From: Octopus vulgaris
Lineage: Eukaryota
DNA length: 64,000 nucleotides
NCBI GenBank assembly: GCA_951406725.2
Contig: OX597819.1
Span: 9,672,001 to 9,736,000 of the forward strand
Direction of reading: 5' to 3'
Part shown: positions 26,451-39,918 of the stretch, piece by piece
Position numbering within the stretch: the first letter of the stretch is position 1
How the letters are laid out: each line of letters begins with the position of its first letter
Translations under genes and position numbers: made by a program
The notes under the pieces: model-generated
What the model saw: only the letters and a program-made list of their open reading frames with translations
The model's database searches: none
Told to the model about the DNA's origin: nothing

Positions 26451-27039
26451 ATACATTTCGTGTTTAATTTCCCATGCTATCAGCAGCTCTTAAATTACTT
26501 CTTCACAGTCCTAATGACAGCTTCTGAGATATGAATGCTTACTTACAAATATTCATGTAAGCGAGCCGAGGAGCATGCATACATTTTGTGAGTAATGACG
26601 GCATATGTTGTATGTAATAAAGAGTGTAGAGTGTAACAAGTGATTTGTACAACAGAGCCGAGAAAAGCTGGCGATGTAGAAAATGACACCGTAATGCTAA
26701 TATTAGTATGGATAGGAGCCAAGGTGGAGCCTCTACGTAGTCGCTCTACTCGCTAAAAATGGCAGCTGGAAGGGAAGAACTGATCTCTTGAGACAGGATT
26801 GCAAAAGAACTGGGCTCCCTGTGAGAAAGTGGTGTGTAAGAAGACGGACTTTATGAATGAGCTAAAACAGTGTTTCCCAATGTGGGGCATATGCCCTGAT
26901 GATGGAACCTGGGAAAATTGTGGTGGGGCGTTGGGATCCAAATTTCTCTTTTTCTTTTTTTTCTTTTTTGTTTTATTTGGTTGAAGATTTGCTTCGAGTC
27001 AAGAGAAGCAGAATTGAAATGACAAATCATGGTGATTTA

Positions 27040-27416
27040 TTCTTTTACTCTTTTACTCTTTTACTTGTTTCAGTCATTTGACTGCGGCCATGCTGGAGCA
27101 CCGCCTTTAATCGAGCAACTCGACCCTGGGACTTATTCTTTGTAAGCCCAGGACTTATTCTATCGGTCTCTTTTTGCCGAACCGCTAAGCCACGGGGACA
27201 TAAACACACCAGCATCGGTTGTCAAGCAATGCTAGGGGGACAAACACAGACACACAAACACACACGCATACATATATATATACATATATTCGACGGGATT
27301 CTTTCAGTTTCCGTCTACCAAATCCACTCACAAGGCTTTGGTCGGCCCGAGGCTATAGTAGAAGACACTTGCCCAAGGTGCCACGCAGTGGGACTGAACC
27401 CGAAACCGTGTGATTG
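27040..27416 (-). mobile_element. SINE family B
   Basis: 5'-truncated family match. Confidence 0.85.
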
Positions 27417-28661
27417 GTACGGCTGAAACAAACAAACTTGTCTCTTCGAATCAAGGAAATCTGCCGTATTCACTAGGTTAAGGTTCTCATTAAAACAATT
27501 CACATTTTTTCTTAGTCAATAATGTACTTTTTCTTTGTACTCAGTACTAATTAAAAGAGTTACCGGTAGATTTCTTTGTATTAAATAATTATAAAATATT
27601 GATTTCAAATTTTGGCAAAAGGCCAGCAATTTGGGGGAAGGGAATAAGTTGATTACGTTGACCCCAGTGCTCAGCTGGTACTTATTTTATCGATCCCGAA
27701 AGAATGAAAGTTGACCTCTGCGAAATTTAAACTCAGAACGTAAAGGCGAACGAAATTCCCCAGTACTTTGGGATTCCCATGCAGTGACAATAATACTAAT
27801 GCAATCTGCTCTGACTCTTCATTGTAGTATGTGAAACTGTAGGTGTCAAAATATATACCCTTAAAATGACCAATATCTTAGAAGTAATTTATTATTTATC
27901 TCATTTGTTAAAACACCTCATAAAATCCATTATTACACTGTTGCCATGGCATCTAAATTTAAATTTAGATAATTTAATCATATTACATCCCTTTAAAACT
28001 AAAAGAAATGTTCTGAGCACCTCACTTGCTAAATTCACCTGGGATCTCAAAGACCGGCATAACTGATTACTCAGTTTCACAGTCAAATAAACGTATAGCA
28101 CTTTCATACAGAGGGGTTTGGGTAACTGTAATTTATGTTTTATCGAAGCCCTTGTAATTCTCAGGTATAGTTTACGTTTAATTAATAAGCTTACGGAATC
28201 ATTGTCTCATTGTTACCAGCAGTTCAATAAAACTTTCATGAAAATTGCATTTCATTAAGTCACCTAATTTTGATAGAGCTAAAGATTACGTTCTTCTTCT
28301 TTATGTTACTCTGGCTTTAACACAGATGATTCTCCATCAAATACTCCTTTCGTCTTAATACTTCCCACTTAAATTACTTTCCTGTATAACAAATCGTTTA
28401 TTTTTTAACTATTGGTCTTATTTAATTGTAATTCTAATGGATTTGATAATATTGAGCCATAACTCTAGTGGCTGTCTTATAGCTTTATTCTCTACATTTA
28501 TTTTAACTACTTGTCATACTCTCAAATCTATATCTCCATTTTCTCTTTGCATTTTTCCTTTCTCCTGTTAACGGCACCTCCAAAAAACGATATAACAGTG
28601 AACGGTTACTTTTTTCAACATCTCCATTTTATCTCTTAGTCTGCTTGTCTTTCCACTGATA

Positions 28662-29058
28662 TCTTTATATATAAAAGTGAGGTTGTGTGCTGTCTGTCTC
28701 CTACGATTTAGATTCCTAACTACTCCCACATTTTGCGGTGCAGTTTAATCAAAACCGGGTATCTTATAGTCGTGATTCATATCGAGCCCTTCTGGGTATT
28801 AGCGCGCGTCTACGATGAGTCTACGATTTAAAAAAAATTTACCAACAATTTTTCCCATTTTTAATGCATTTTGGGCATATATAAGGGAAGTAACTCTCTA
28901 AAAATTTATTATTAAATCTCAGAACGTAAAAAGCTACAGTAACACCCCCCTCCTTTGTGGTTAACCATATTGAGATGGCTATTATACTTTACATCTCTAA
29001 AAATGCTTATATAGTTATTTCCCTTACAAACCCGGGCAAAGCCGGGCGATACTGCTAG
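28662..29058 (+). mobile_element. Non-autonomous Helitron (alternative-segment subtype)
   Basis: A|TC...CTAG|T with hairpin. Confidence 0.85.
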
Positions 29059-29314
29059 TATATGTATACATTAAATCTTTCGTTCCCTAAATATATCAGT
29101 TAATCGCACTAGCGATTTGCAATAGATCCAACGAATCGGAACTAAGACGGCACTTCGTTTTCATTGTCCCTCCGGCTGGGTGTTTCTTTGAAAATGTGAC
29201 AACTTGGTATGTAATTTATAACCATGATAATCTAAGACCTTCTCTTTCTCATTATATTTATTTAACCAAATTCGGCCGCGTAATTTAGTACTACATTAAG
29301 TTTGATGAGATGGT

Positions 29315-29727
29315 TACTCTTTTACTCTTTTACTTGTTTCAGTCATTTGACTGCGGCCATGCTGGAGCACCGCCTTTAGTCGAGCAACTCGACCCCGGGA
29401 CTTATTCTTTTTGTAAGCCCAGTACTTATTCTATCGGTCTCTTTTGCCGAACCGCTAAGTAACAGGGACATAAACACACCAGCATCGGTTGTCAAGCAAT
29501 GCTAGGGGGACAAACACAGACACACAAATATACACACACATATAAATATATATACATTTATATACGACGGGCTTCTTTCAGTTTCTGTCTACCAAATCCA
29601 CTCACAAGGCTTTGGTCGGCTCGAGGCTATAGTAGAAGACACTTGCCCAAGGTGCCACGCAGTGGGACTGAACCCGGAACCATGTGGTTGGTAAGCAAGC
29701 TACTTACCACACAGCCACTCCTGCGCC
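29315..29727 (-). mobile_element. SINE family B
   Basis: Full-length family match. Confidence 0.85.
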
Positions 29728-30145
29728 TTGGTGGAAAATGTCATTCAATATTATATTGTATTACATAAAACGATTTTTATAGGGATAACCGAGCATGTTG
29801 ATTGGTGTAATTATAGAAACTAATTATAGAAACGACCGCAACTGATTGAAAGATGTAATAGCTATACCTACATTCCTTTGTTCATAGATAGAGAGACAGA
29901 CAGACAGACAGATAAATAGATAGATGCATACATGCATCTTACATACATGCATACACCACACACTCATACACACATATACATACATATGCATAAACATGTA
30001 CGTGTATGCGTGTGTTTGTGTGTGTTTGTGTGTGTGTACGCACAACAGAGAGAGAAACAAAGAAAGTATGGGAGACATAAATGAAAGAGGGACGTCTCGA
30101 AGATAATTACGAATACCAGATGACATTGTGATTATGATGATGCTG

Positions 30146-30790
30146 AGAGGAGGAGGAGGGGGAGGACGAGGAGGACGAGGAGGAGGACGATGACGACAAG
30201 GAGGAGGACGAGGAGGAGGATGATGAAAAGGAGGAGGACGAGGAGGAGGAGGAAGATGAGGACGAGAACGAGGAGGAGGACGAGGACGAAAAGGAGGAGG
30301 ACGAGGAGGAGGACGAGGAGGACGAGAACGAAGATGAGGACGAAAAGGAGGAGGACGAAAAAGAGGAGGACGAGGAGGAGGCGGAAGATGAGGACGAGGA
30401 GGAGGACGACGACGAGAACGAGGAGGAGGACGAAAAGGAGGAGTACGAGGAGGAGGAGGAAGATGAGGACGAGGAGGAGGACGGGGACGAAAAGGAGGAG
30501 GAAGATAAGGAGGAGGAAGAGGACGAGGACGAGGAGGAGGACGAAAAGGAGGAGTACGAGGAGGAGGAGGAAGATGAGGACGAGGAGGAGGACGGGGACG
30601 AAAAGGAGGAGGAAGGTAAGGAAGAGGAAGAGGACGAGGACGAGGAGGACGACGAAAAGGAAGAGTACGAGGACGAAGATGAGGACAAGGAGGAGGACGA
30701 AAAGGAGGAGTACGAGGACGAAGATGAGGACGAGGAGGACGGGGACGAAAAGAAGGAGGAGCAGCAGCAGCGGGAGGAGGCGGCGGGGGA
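30146..30790. repeat. Purine-rich (GAG/GAC)n tract with a higher-order unit
   Basis: Triplet repeat with recurring blocks of about 110 bp. Confidence 0.9.
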
Positions 30791-30897
30791 GGGCATTGAT
30801 TAAGATGGTGGCGAAGATATCTTCGTGGTGCTGATGATCATAATGAAGACTATAATCATCGTCGTCGTCGTCGTCGTCATGATTTCTTGATAACCAT

Positions 30898-31270
30898 GGA
30901 AACACTCCGTCGGTTACGACGACGACGATTGTTCCGGTTGATCCGAATCAACGGAACAGCCTGCTCGTGAAATTAACGTGTAAGTGGCTGAGCACTCCAC
31001 AGACACGTCTACCCTTAACGCAGTTCTCAGGGATATTCAGCGTGACACAGAGAGTGACAAGGCCGGCCCCTTGAAATACAGGTATAACAGAAACAGGAAA
31101 TAAGAGTGAGAGAAAGTTGTGGTGAAAGAGTACAGCAGGGATCACCACCATCCCCTGCCGGAGCCTCGTGGAGCTTTTAGGTGTTTTCGCTCAATAAACA
31201 CTCACAACGCCCGGTCTGGGAATCGAAACCGCGAGTCCGCTGCCCTAACCACTGGGCCATTGCGCCTCCA
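30898..31270 (-). mobile_element. SINE family A
   Basis: Full length; TSD tgataaccat. Confidence 0.9.
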
Positions 31271-31425
31271 CATGATAACCATAACGATCAGCAGAGTGAC
31301 GAGAAACTATTCAACACAGTGCACAACTTAGCAACAACAATGTTGCTTTGGTGCTGCTTCATTCAGAAATAAACAATGTCCCATGTTTTTACGATTGGGT
31401 TTACATGTACAGAGAGAGAGAGAGA

Positions 31426-31501
<76 letters not shown>

Positions 31502-31588
31502 GAAGAGTGTGCGTGCATGTGAAGGTATATATGAATATTTGGATATCTGAGACACCGAGGAGGTGTACGACCGTTAGTATGTATATTG

Positions 31589-31636
<48 letters not shown>

Positions 31637-32177
31637 TTGCCTGAGTGTATTTGTAAATGTGTGTGAGAGAGTGATAGTGTGTGTGTGTGTGTGTGATTGC
31701 CTGAGTTTATAAATGTGTGTGAGAGAGTGGTAGTGTGTGTGAATGAGAGAAATGGAAGAAAAGTAGAAAGAGTATAGGAGAAAATTGTGTATGAATGGAC
31801 TGAATAATGTGACAGGCTGAGAGATAGAATGCATGCGGGAAAGGGAGAGGGATGGTGTGTGTGTGTGTGCGTATTTGAGAGAGAGAGAGAGAGACATTTC
31901 ATGAACGTCCAAGTGTGTATGAATGCGAGTGCTTGTCTGTAAATGTGCGCGCGTGAGTGACTGAGTGCGTTTAAGAAAGTGCGGAGGAAATATTCCATGG
32001 TTCGAGAGACTTTTCCAAACGTTCCACGAGAGTGTAAGACATCTATGGGATAAACAAGCAAACAAGTCACTCTTTAAACAGTGAATAGTTGATTGTATAA
32101 CTAAAATAAATGATCCAGAGCTATAAACAAAAAGAAGTGTCCAATATTCTAAGTACAGTGAATCGGCCAAAGTTTTT

Positions 32178-32560
32178 GGAAGCACTCCGTCGGTTACGAC
32201 GACGAGGGTTCCGGTTGATCCGAATCAACGGAACAGCCTGCTCGTGAAATTAACGTGTAAGTGGCTGAGCACTCCACAGACACGTGTACCCTTAACGTAG
32301 TTCTCGGGGATATTCAGCGTGACACAGAGAGTGACAAGGCCGGCCCTTTGAAATACAGGTACAACAGAAACAGGAAGTAAGAGTGAGAGAAAGTTGTGGT
32401 GAAAGAGTACAGCAGGGTTCACCACCACCCCCTGCAGGAGCCTTGTGGAGCTTTAGGTGTTTTCGTTCAATAAACACTCACAACGCCCGGTCTGGGAATC
32501 GAAACCGCGATCCTACGACCGCGAGTCCGCTGCCCTAACCACTGGGCCATTGCGCCTCCA
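32178..32560 (-). mobile_element. SINE family A
   Basis: Full length; TSD ccaaagtt. Confidence 0.9.
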
Positions 32561-32698
32561 CCGCCCAAAGTTATAACCATGGTGAACAACCCAAATCTGC
32601 TGAGAAATATAACTACAGTAGATAGTCCGATGTTATATCGAAAGAGAATGGTCCAATGCTTTTGCTTCACTTTACATCAGTCTTTCTTTACATATTGT

Positions 32699-32908
32699 TT
32701 TCAAATTTTGGCACAAGGTCTTGGGGAGAGGACTAATCGATTACATCGGCTCCCAGTACTCAACTGGTTCTTATTTTATCGATCCGGAAAAGATCAACAA
32801 CAAAGTCGACCTCGGCGGAATTTGAACTCAGAACGTTAACTCGGAAGAAACGCCGCTAAGCACTTTTTTTCTTTCCGGCACGGTAACGGTTCTGCTAGCT
32901 CGCCGCCT
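32699..32908 (-). mobile_element. SINE family C (alternative tail)
   Basis: Family match; similar copies near 27601-27757 (-), 36692-36909 (+) and 46476-46690 (+). Confidence 0.75.
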
Positions 32909-33056
32909 TATAGTGTCTCCTTATATATATATTAATATATATTTATTCGTTCAGTTAGTGAAGTGGAAGTTTGCATATGTGTCGTTCCAGCACAAATCTG
33001 GAACGAGAGATAAGAATACGAAGATGTTGATCTGTTTCTTTCCCAATCATAGCGCC

Positions 33057-33096
<40 letters not shown>

Positions 33097-33098
<2 letters not shown>

Positions 33099-33265
33099 GT
33101 GGTAAGTAGCTTGCTTACCAACCACATGGTTCCGGGTTCAGTCCCACTGCGTGGCACCTTGATCAAGTGTCTTCTACTATAGCGTCGGGCCGACCAAAGC
33201 CTTGTGAGTGGATTTGGTAGATGGAAACTGAAAGAAGCCCGTCGTATATATGTGTATATATATAC

Positions 33266-33300
<35 letters not shown>

Positions 33301-33517
33301 CGTGTATGTTTGTGTGTCTGTGTTTGTCCCCCTAGCATTGCTTGACAACCGATGCTGGTGTGTTCATGTCCCCCGTCACTCAGCGGTTCGGCAAAAGAGA
33401 CCAATAGAATAAGTACTTGGCTTACAAAGAACAAGTCCCGGGGTCGACTTGCTCGACTAAAGGCGGTGCTCCAGCATGGCCGCAGTCAACTGACTGAAGC
33501 AAGTAAAAGATAATAAA

Positions 33518-33519
<2 letters not shown>
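33097..33519 (+). mobile_element. SINE family B
   Basis: Family match. Confidence 0.85.
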
Positions 33520-33566
<47 letters not shown>

Positions 33567-34436
33567 CAGGGTCTGTAGCTGAAACACTTATCCAATACCG
33601 AATAGTGGAACTGAACCCCGAAACTTCGTGGTTGTTAAACGAACTTCTAAACCACACAGCCATGCCTGCCCCTAATTTTAGAATAATCTTTATTTCATCT
33701 TCAGTGTGCTATGAAGATAACTGATAACATATAATGTCGTGGCACTGAATAAATGAAGAAATAGTTTTGGGATTTAATTACCAAAGTTCTCAAGATGATC
33801 GTTTGTATGTAGTTTAGGCTCGTGGAGTAAAAGACAATATTTTGTTTGTTTATTTGTTTTGTGGTGGTGGTGGTGCGTGGAATATAAATATATAATTATG
33901 CGAAGATATATGAATACGATACGCTTTGTGAGGATGTACGGTACGAGTAAAAATTGTTGACATCTTAAACCAACCGACTGAGTATGTATATATATGTACA
34001 TGGTATAATGTAACATGTATATAATAATATACATCGAGAAGTCATACACAAAATACACTCTGTGTATGATGTGTGTGTGTCTGTGTGTAATGTATACGGG
34101 AGTAAAAGTGTAAGTGTCTCTGCATATGGTATCTGTGTATGTGTGCGCATGAGTGTACCAGATCGGTGTAATGAGTAGGCGTGGTCCTGGGACTATGACA
34201 GAGTATTTGGTTGGAAGCGGGGGAGTGTCGAAAGAAAATAACAAGCTATTTTCAGTGGTGTGATGTCTCAGATAACTGAATCGGAAACTGCGTGATGTAT
34301 ATATATACGCGCGCGCGCGCGTGTGTGTGTGCGTGCGTGCGTGCATACATACATACATACATATATACATACATACATACATACATACATACATACATAC
34401 ATACATACATACATACATACATACATACATACATAA

Positions 34437-34668
34437 GGCGGCGAGCTGGCAGAAACGTTAGCACGCCGGACGAAATGCGTAGCCGTATTTCGTCTGCCGT
34501 TACGTCCTGAGTTCAAATTCCGCCGAGGTCGACTTTGCCTTTCATCCTTTCGGGGTCGATTAAATAAGTACCAGTTACCCACTGGGGTCGATGTAATCGA
34601 CTTAATCCGTTTGTCTGTCCTTGTTTGTCCCCTCTGTGTTTAGCCCCTTGTGGGTAGTAAAGAAATAA
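34437..34668 (+). mobile_element. SINE family C within (CATA)n
   Basis: Full-length family match. Confidence 0.85.
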
Positions 34669-34737
34669 TACATACATACATACATACATACATACATACA
34701 TACATACATACATACATACATACATACATGCGTACAT

Positions 34738-34885
34738 AGCTGTGTGGTAAGAAGCTTGTTTCCCAAACACATAGTTCCGGGTTCAGTCCCACGGCGTGGT
34801 ACTTGAGCAAATATCTTCAAATATGGCCTCTGGCCGACCGAAGCCTTGTGAGTGGATTCGGTTGATGGAATCTGAAAGAAACTCG

Positions 34886-34976
<91 letters not shown>

Positions 34977-35180
34977 TACCGCTTGACAACCGGTGTTGGT
35001 TTCTTTAAGTCCTCGTAACTTAGCGGTTCAGCAATAAGAGTCCCATAGAATAAGTACCAGGCTTTAAAAAATTAGGTATTGGGGTCAATTCTTTCGACTA
35101 AATGTTCTTCAAGTCAGTGCCCAAGCATGGCCGCAGTCTAATGACTAACACAGATAACATTAAAACATTAAAAGATTAAA
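34738..35180 (+). mobile_element. SINE family B (diverged, long internal (TG)n)
   Basis: Family match. Confidence 0.8.
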
Positions 35181-35224
35181 AGATTAACAGAGATGTATGC
35201 GTGGAGTTGTGTGAGAGCGTGCGC

Positions 35225-35732
35225 ATGTATGTATGTATGTATGTAAGTATGTATGTAAGTATGTATGTATGTAAGTATGTATGTATGTATGTATGTATGT
35301 ATGTATGTATGTATGTATGTATGTATGTATGTATGTATGTATGTATGTGTATGTATGTATACATGTATGTATGTATGTATGTATGTATATATGTATGTAT
35401 GTATGTATGTGTATGTATGTATGTATGTATGTATGTATGTATGTATGTATGTATGTATGTGTGTGTGTGTGTGTATCTATGTATGATTGTATGTATGTAT
35501 GTGTGTATGTATGTATGTGTGTGTATGTATGTATGTATGTATGCATGTATGTATGTATGTATGTATGTATGTATGTATGTATGTATGTATGTATGTATGT
35601 ATGTGTTTGTGTATGTATGTGTGTGTGTATGTATGTGTGTATGTGTTTGTGTATGTATGTATGTGTGTATGTATGTGTGTGTGTATGTATGTATGTGTTT
35701 GTGTATGTATGTGTGTGTGTGTGTGTGTGTGT
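35225..35732. repeat. Compound (TATG)n/(TG)n microsatellite
   Basis: Seen directly. Confidence 0.95.
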
Positions 35733-36018
35733 AACAAGTGTTACTGAGTTCCGCATTCATCTGTCCGGGACAGATTTGACTGAGGAAACGCACAATAAGC
35801 TTCAAAAAGGCCGCCTCGTTTCCAAGTTCCCTTGGAATCACGTGAATTATGAATGGACATCGTCGAAAAGGAGGAGATGTCTACCAATACCGATAAACAA
35901 CATCAATCAGATACACAACGTTCGATTATACCAGAATGTATTGGAAATTAATAAATACGTTATTGGTTACATTCTCGCTGTTCTGCGCGCCCCTTATGAA
36001 TATATATATATATATATA

Positions 36019-36404
36019 TCTTTTACTTTCAGTCATTTGACTGCGGCCATGCTGGAGCACCGCCTTTAGTCGAGGAAATCGACCCCGGGACTTATTCTTT
36101 GTAAGCCCAGTACTTATTCTATCGGTCTCTTTTGCCGAACCGCTAAATGACGGGGACGTAAACACACCACCATCGGTTGTCAAGCAATGCTAGGGGGACA
36201 AACACAGCAGACACACAAACACACATACATATATACATATATACGACAGGCTTCTTTCAGTTTCCGTCTACCAAATCCACTCACAAGGCTTTGGTCGGCC
36301 CGAGGCTATAGCAGAAGACACTTGCCCAAGATGCCACGCAGTGGGACTGAACCCGGTACCATGTGGCTGGTTAGCAAGCCGCTTACCACACAGCCACTCC
36401 TACG

Positions 36405-36406
<2 letters not shown>
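36019..36406 (-). mobile_element. SINE family B
   Basis: Family match. Confidence 0.85.
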
Positions 36407-36468
<62 letters not shown>

Positions 36469-36471
<3 letters not shown>

Positions 36472-36600
36472 GAAATTTACAGAAAAACAAAAGACGAAAA
36501 CAGGTGTATGAACAACAAACGGATGTATTAGTTTGACGCTCAGGAAAGTGAGAAAGTCTTTTACGTTTCGAGCCTGCGCTCGTCAACTGAAAGAAATAAG
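36469..36600 (-). mobile_element. Second copy of the variant-hammerhead repeat
   Basis: Minus strand: tcttt-CAGTTGA-C-GAGC-GCAG-GCTC-GAAA-CG-TA-aaaga, abutting (TA)n. Confidence 0.5.
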
Positions 36601-37089
36601 AAAAAATGAACAGTGGTTTTGGCGGTCTATGTATATGTGTGAATATAAGTGATCTGTTTGTTTCTCTTGTCATTATTTCTTTAGGTACTAAGGTGGCGAA
36701 CAGGCAGAATCGTTAGCGCACTGGATAAAATACTTAGCGGTATTTCATCTGCCACTGCGTTCTGAGTTCTCAAATTCCGCCGCGAGTCGACTTTGCCTTT
36801 CATCCTTTCTGGGTCGATAAAATAAGTACCAGTTGAACACTGGGGGCCGACGTAATCGACTCATCCCCTCCTCCAAAATTGCTTCCATTGTGACAAAATT
36901 TGAAACCATTATTTCTTCAGGTACATACATGTGTGTGTGTGTGTGTGTGTTCCTCGATGGCAAAGAGTACAATATGAGTAGGGGACTTTGAAATGTATGT
37001 GTTAGAGAGAGGGGGTGTTATATATATATATATAAAGTGCGTATGCTTAATATGTTTGATGTATGGTATTTCAATGATACCATCACTTT

Positions 37090-37130
<41 letters not shown>

Positions 37131-37143
37131 GTCTTTGTATAAG

Positions 37144-37239
<96 letters not shown>

Positions 37240-37605
37240 CGTACGAATAAGTATATATGGGGAGCGGGTATGTGTGCGTAAGTATATATGTGAGTATGTC
37301 TTCCGCTTTCTCCGCCTCCTCCACTTAAACCATATGATACGAGTCAGTGTGAATAAGCTCCTGTGTGTAAGATCTGTGCTAAAATGCGTGGTAGCCTTTC
37401 ACACTGTAGAGCTGCTTAAATCAAGTTCCCTAGCACTTCTTTATTTCTTTTTATTTCTTTTCTAACAGACTTCTCTTTTTCTTTTGTTTCGTCACAAAGC
37501 TGCATCTTTCTTTTCTTTTCTTTCTCTCCCTCTCACACATTCACTCTCTCTCTCCCGTTTTTTATTTTCTTTTTTGCGGTAATCCACCACCATTGCTATT
37601 TGTTT

Positions 37606-37668
37606 TGACGTCACCCACCACCAAGTTAACATAAGATATGTTTTCTTGTTATAAAGCTCGATTCAGTC
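37606..37668 (+). promoter_or_regulatory. Candidate promoter motifs upstream of the gene
   Basis: Perfect CRE palindrome TGACGTCA (37606-37613), TATAAAG (37650-37656) and Inr-like TCAGTC (37663-37668) in a repeat-free stretch about 600 bp before exon 1; TATA-Inr spacing is non-canonical. Confidence 0.3.
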
Positions 37669-38246
37669 GGAGCAAAAACATCTACTCGCAAAAAGCACTT
37701 GAGATAGAATGAGTAAAATAATCCAGTAAGAGAAAGAGACAGCCAGTGAATAAGATACCCTGTTTCTGTCGACTGAGGCAGGAAAACAAATATTATTTAA
37801 AATATATAAACGGAAAAAAAAGGTACATATACGAGCATCACTCGCGATTTCATCGAACCAAGCTATGGAAGTTACGGTTATTTCAATTCTTCAGAGAAAT
37901 AACGTACCATTCACCACCGTCGTAAAAAGAAAAAAATACTTCTCACGGCCAAGTTGTTTCCACTATTATTTGACATAACAAAGGAAAAAGAAAAGACGAT
38001 GTCTAATTTGCTACAGTATGATTAAACATCATCTAACTTTGAAATATTTTGAGCGAACCCAAGTTCGATTGTGTTCAAACCAGCAACCATCGAGATATCT
38101 TTTAATCGATCTTCTAACGATTGGGAGGACTTCTGTTTACCACATGTGTCTGTCCGTCTTTGCAACTCTCTTTGAAACCGTACGTTTACCAACGAATGTA
38201 GCTGGATGTAAAAATGTTCTTTTTTCCTATCAGATTGGCTGTCAAA

Positions 38247-38322
38247 ATGAATCACCGGATTACCAGGCAGTTGGTCTATTCCAGCCTCTATTTGCTCAGT
38301 GTTTATACGGTGGCGACAATAG
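38247..38322 (+). CDS. Coding exon 1 (signal peptide) of a cadherin-FN3-EGF protein
   Basis: Acceptor tttttcctatcag ends at 38233; ATG in aaaATGa context; MNHRITRQLVYSSLYLLSVYTVATI is signal-peptide-like; donor AG|gtaagt in phase 1, matching the next exon. Confidence 0.7.
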
Positions 38323-38477
38323 GTAAGTTAGGTTTTCAGTTTTTTGTTTTTTTTCATAACGTTTGTGCCTGTGTGTCTGTGTGTGTGATTAATCATTCAA
38401 TTTATAAATGTATGTTAAAGCAAAAAAAAAACTATATATATATACCAATGAATCGGAACAGATATTCATTTATATAT

Positions 38478-39056
38478 GCTGGCAGAAACACGGGGCGAAA
38501 TGCTTAGAGGTATTTGCCGCTACGTTCTGAGTTCAAATTCCGCCGAGGTCGACTTTGTCTTTCATCCTTTCGGGGTCGATAAATTAAGTACCAGTTATGC
38601 ACTGGGGTCGATGTAATCGACTTAATCCCTTTGTCTGTCCTTGTTTGTCCTCTCTGTGTTTAGCCCCTTGTGGGTAGTAAAGAAATAGGTATTTCGTCAG
38701 CAGCTACGTTGTGAGTTCAAATTCCGCCGAGGTCGACTTTGTCTTTCATCCGTTCGGGGTCGATTAAATAAGTACCAGTTACGCGCTGGAGTCGATATAA
38801 TCGACTTAATCCGTTTGTCTGTCCTTGTTTGTCCCTTCTGTGTTTAGCCCCTTGTGGGTAGAAAAGAAATAGAAATAGGTATTTCGTCTGCCGTTACGTT
38901 CTGAGTTCAAATTCCGCCGAGGTCGACTTTGCCTTTCATCCTTCCGGGGTCGATAAATTAAGTACCAGTTATGCACTGGGATCGATGTAATCGACTTAAT
39001 CCCTTTGTCTGTCCTTGTTTGTCCCCTCTATGTTTAGCTCCTTGTGGGCAATAAAG
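38478..39056 (+). mobile_element. SINE family C head-to-tail trimer
   Basis: Three units of about 190 bp joined at agaaata|ggtatttcgtc. Confidence 0.85.
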
Positions 39057-39141
39057 AAAAAAGAAGAAAAAAAAGAAATATATATATGTATGTAAGTATA
39101 TATATATATGTATGTATGTATATATATATATATATATATAT

Positions 39142-39180
<39 letters not shown>

Positions 39181-39692
39181 CATACATATATATAGACGTA
39201 TACTCATGCATGTTTACATACATACGTACGTGTGTGTGTGCGCGCACACATGTATTTGTGTTTGTATGTATGATTTTATGTACTATGTATGTGATACTTG
39301 CACACCAAGTAACATGGCATCTTGTCAATGCTGGTTGACTTATCTGCACCTACCTGTTGCAATTCTCGCTGCTGCTGCTGCATACATTCATAATTGACAG
39401 GAACGCGGATAGATGTAAACAGCATAATTACTGGTATCATGATTGCATTTTGTTTTATTTGAGTGTGGGTGGGGGAAGTCTAAGGATAATTTAATTTAAA
39501 AAAGGTAGGGCATTACCCATGCACTTTGCAGGCCCTCCCAGGCTAGTGAAACTAATCTAGTTGATGTTCAGTTCAAAGATCTCTGAGTCAGTCTTTGAGG
39601 AAAAGGGGGAAATGTGGTTGGTCCGGAGAAAAAAGAGATCTTATCCGAATAATTGCAACAAAGTGAATTCGGTCAAAGGTACTCAAGGACAA

Positions 39693-39918
39693 GGTGGCGG
39701 TAGAACCGTTAGCACGCCGGGCGGAATGCCTAGCGGTATTTCGTCTGCCATTACGTTCTGTGTTCAAATTCCGCCGAGGTCGACTTTGCCTTTCATCCTT
39801 TCGGGGTCGATTAAATAAGTACCAGTTACGCACTGGAGTCGATGTAATCAACTTAATCCGTTTGTCTGTCCTTGTTTGTCCCCTCTGTGTTTAGCCCCTT
39901 GTGGGTAGTAAAGAAATA
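39693..39918 (+). mobile_element. SINE family C
   Basis: Full-length family match. Confidence 0.85.

Noticed and set aside
26890-26930. CTGATGA...GAAA motif
   Set aside because: No stem II or III; expected by chance
30107-30905. Poly-Ser, poly-Leu and poly-Arg (protamine-like) ORFs
   Set aside because: Alternative frames of a triplet repeat with no splice or promoter support
35176-36069. Long ORFs of YI, HT, CV and MYVC repeats here and at 43-44 kb, 54 kb and 56-58 kb
   Set aside because: Translations of microsatellites that lack stop codons, not genes
38478-39056. Retrozyme interpretation of the tandem units of about 190 bp
   Set aside because: No consistent CUGANGA/GAAA core with stems on either strand; the units are SINE C derivatives
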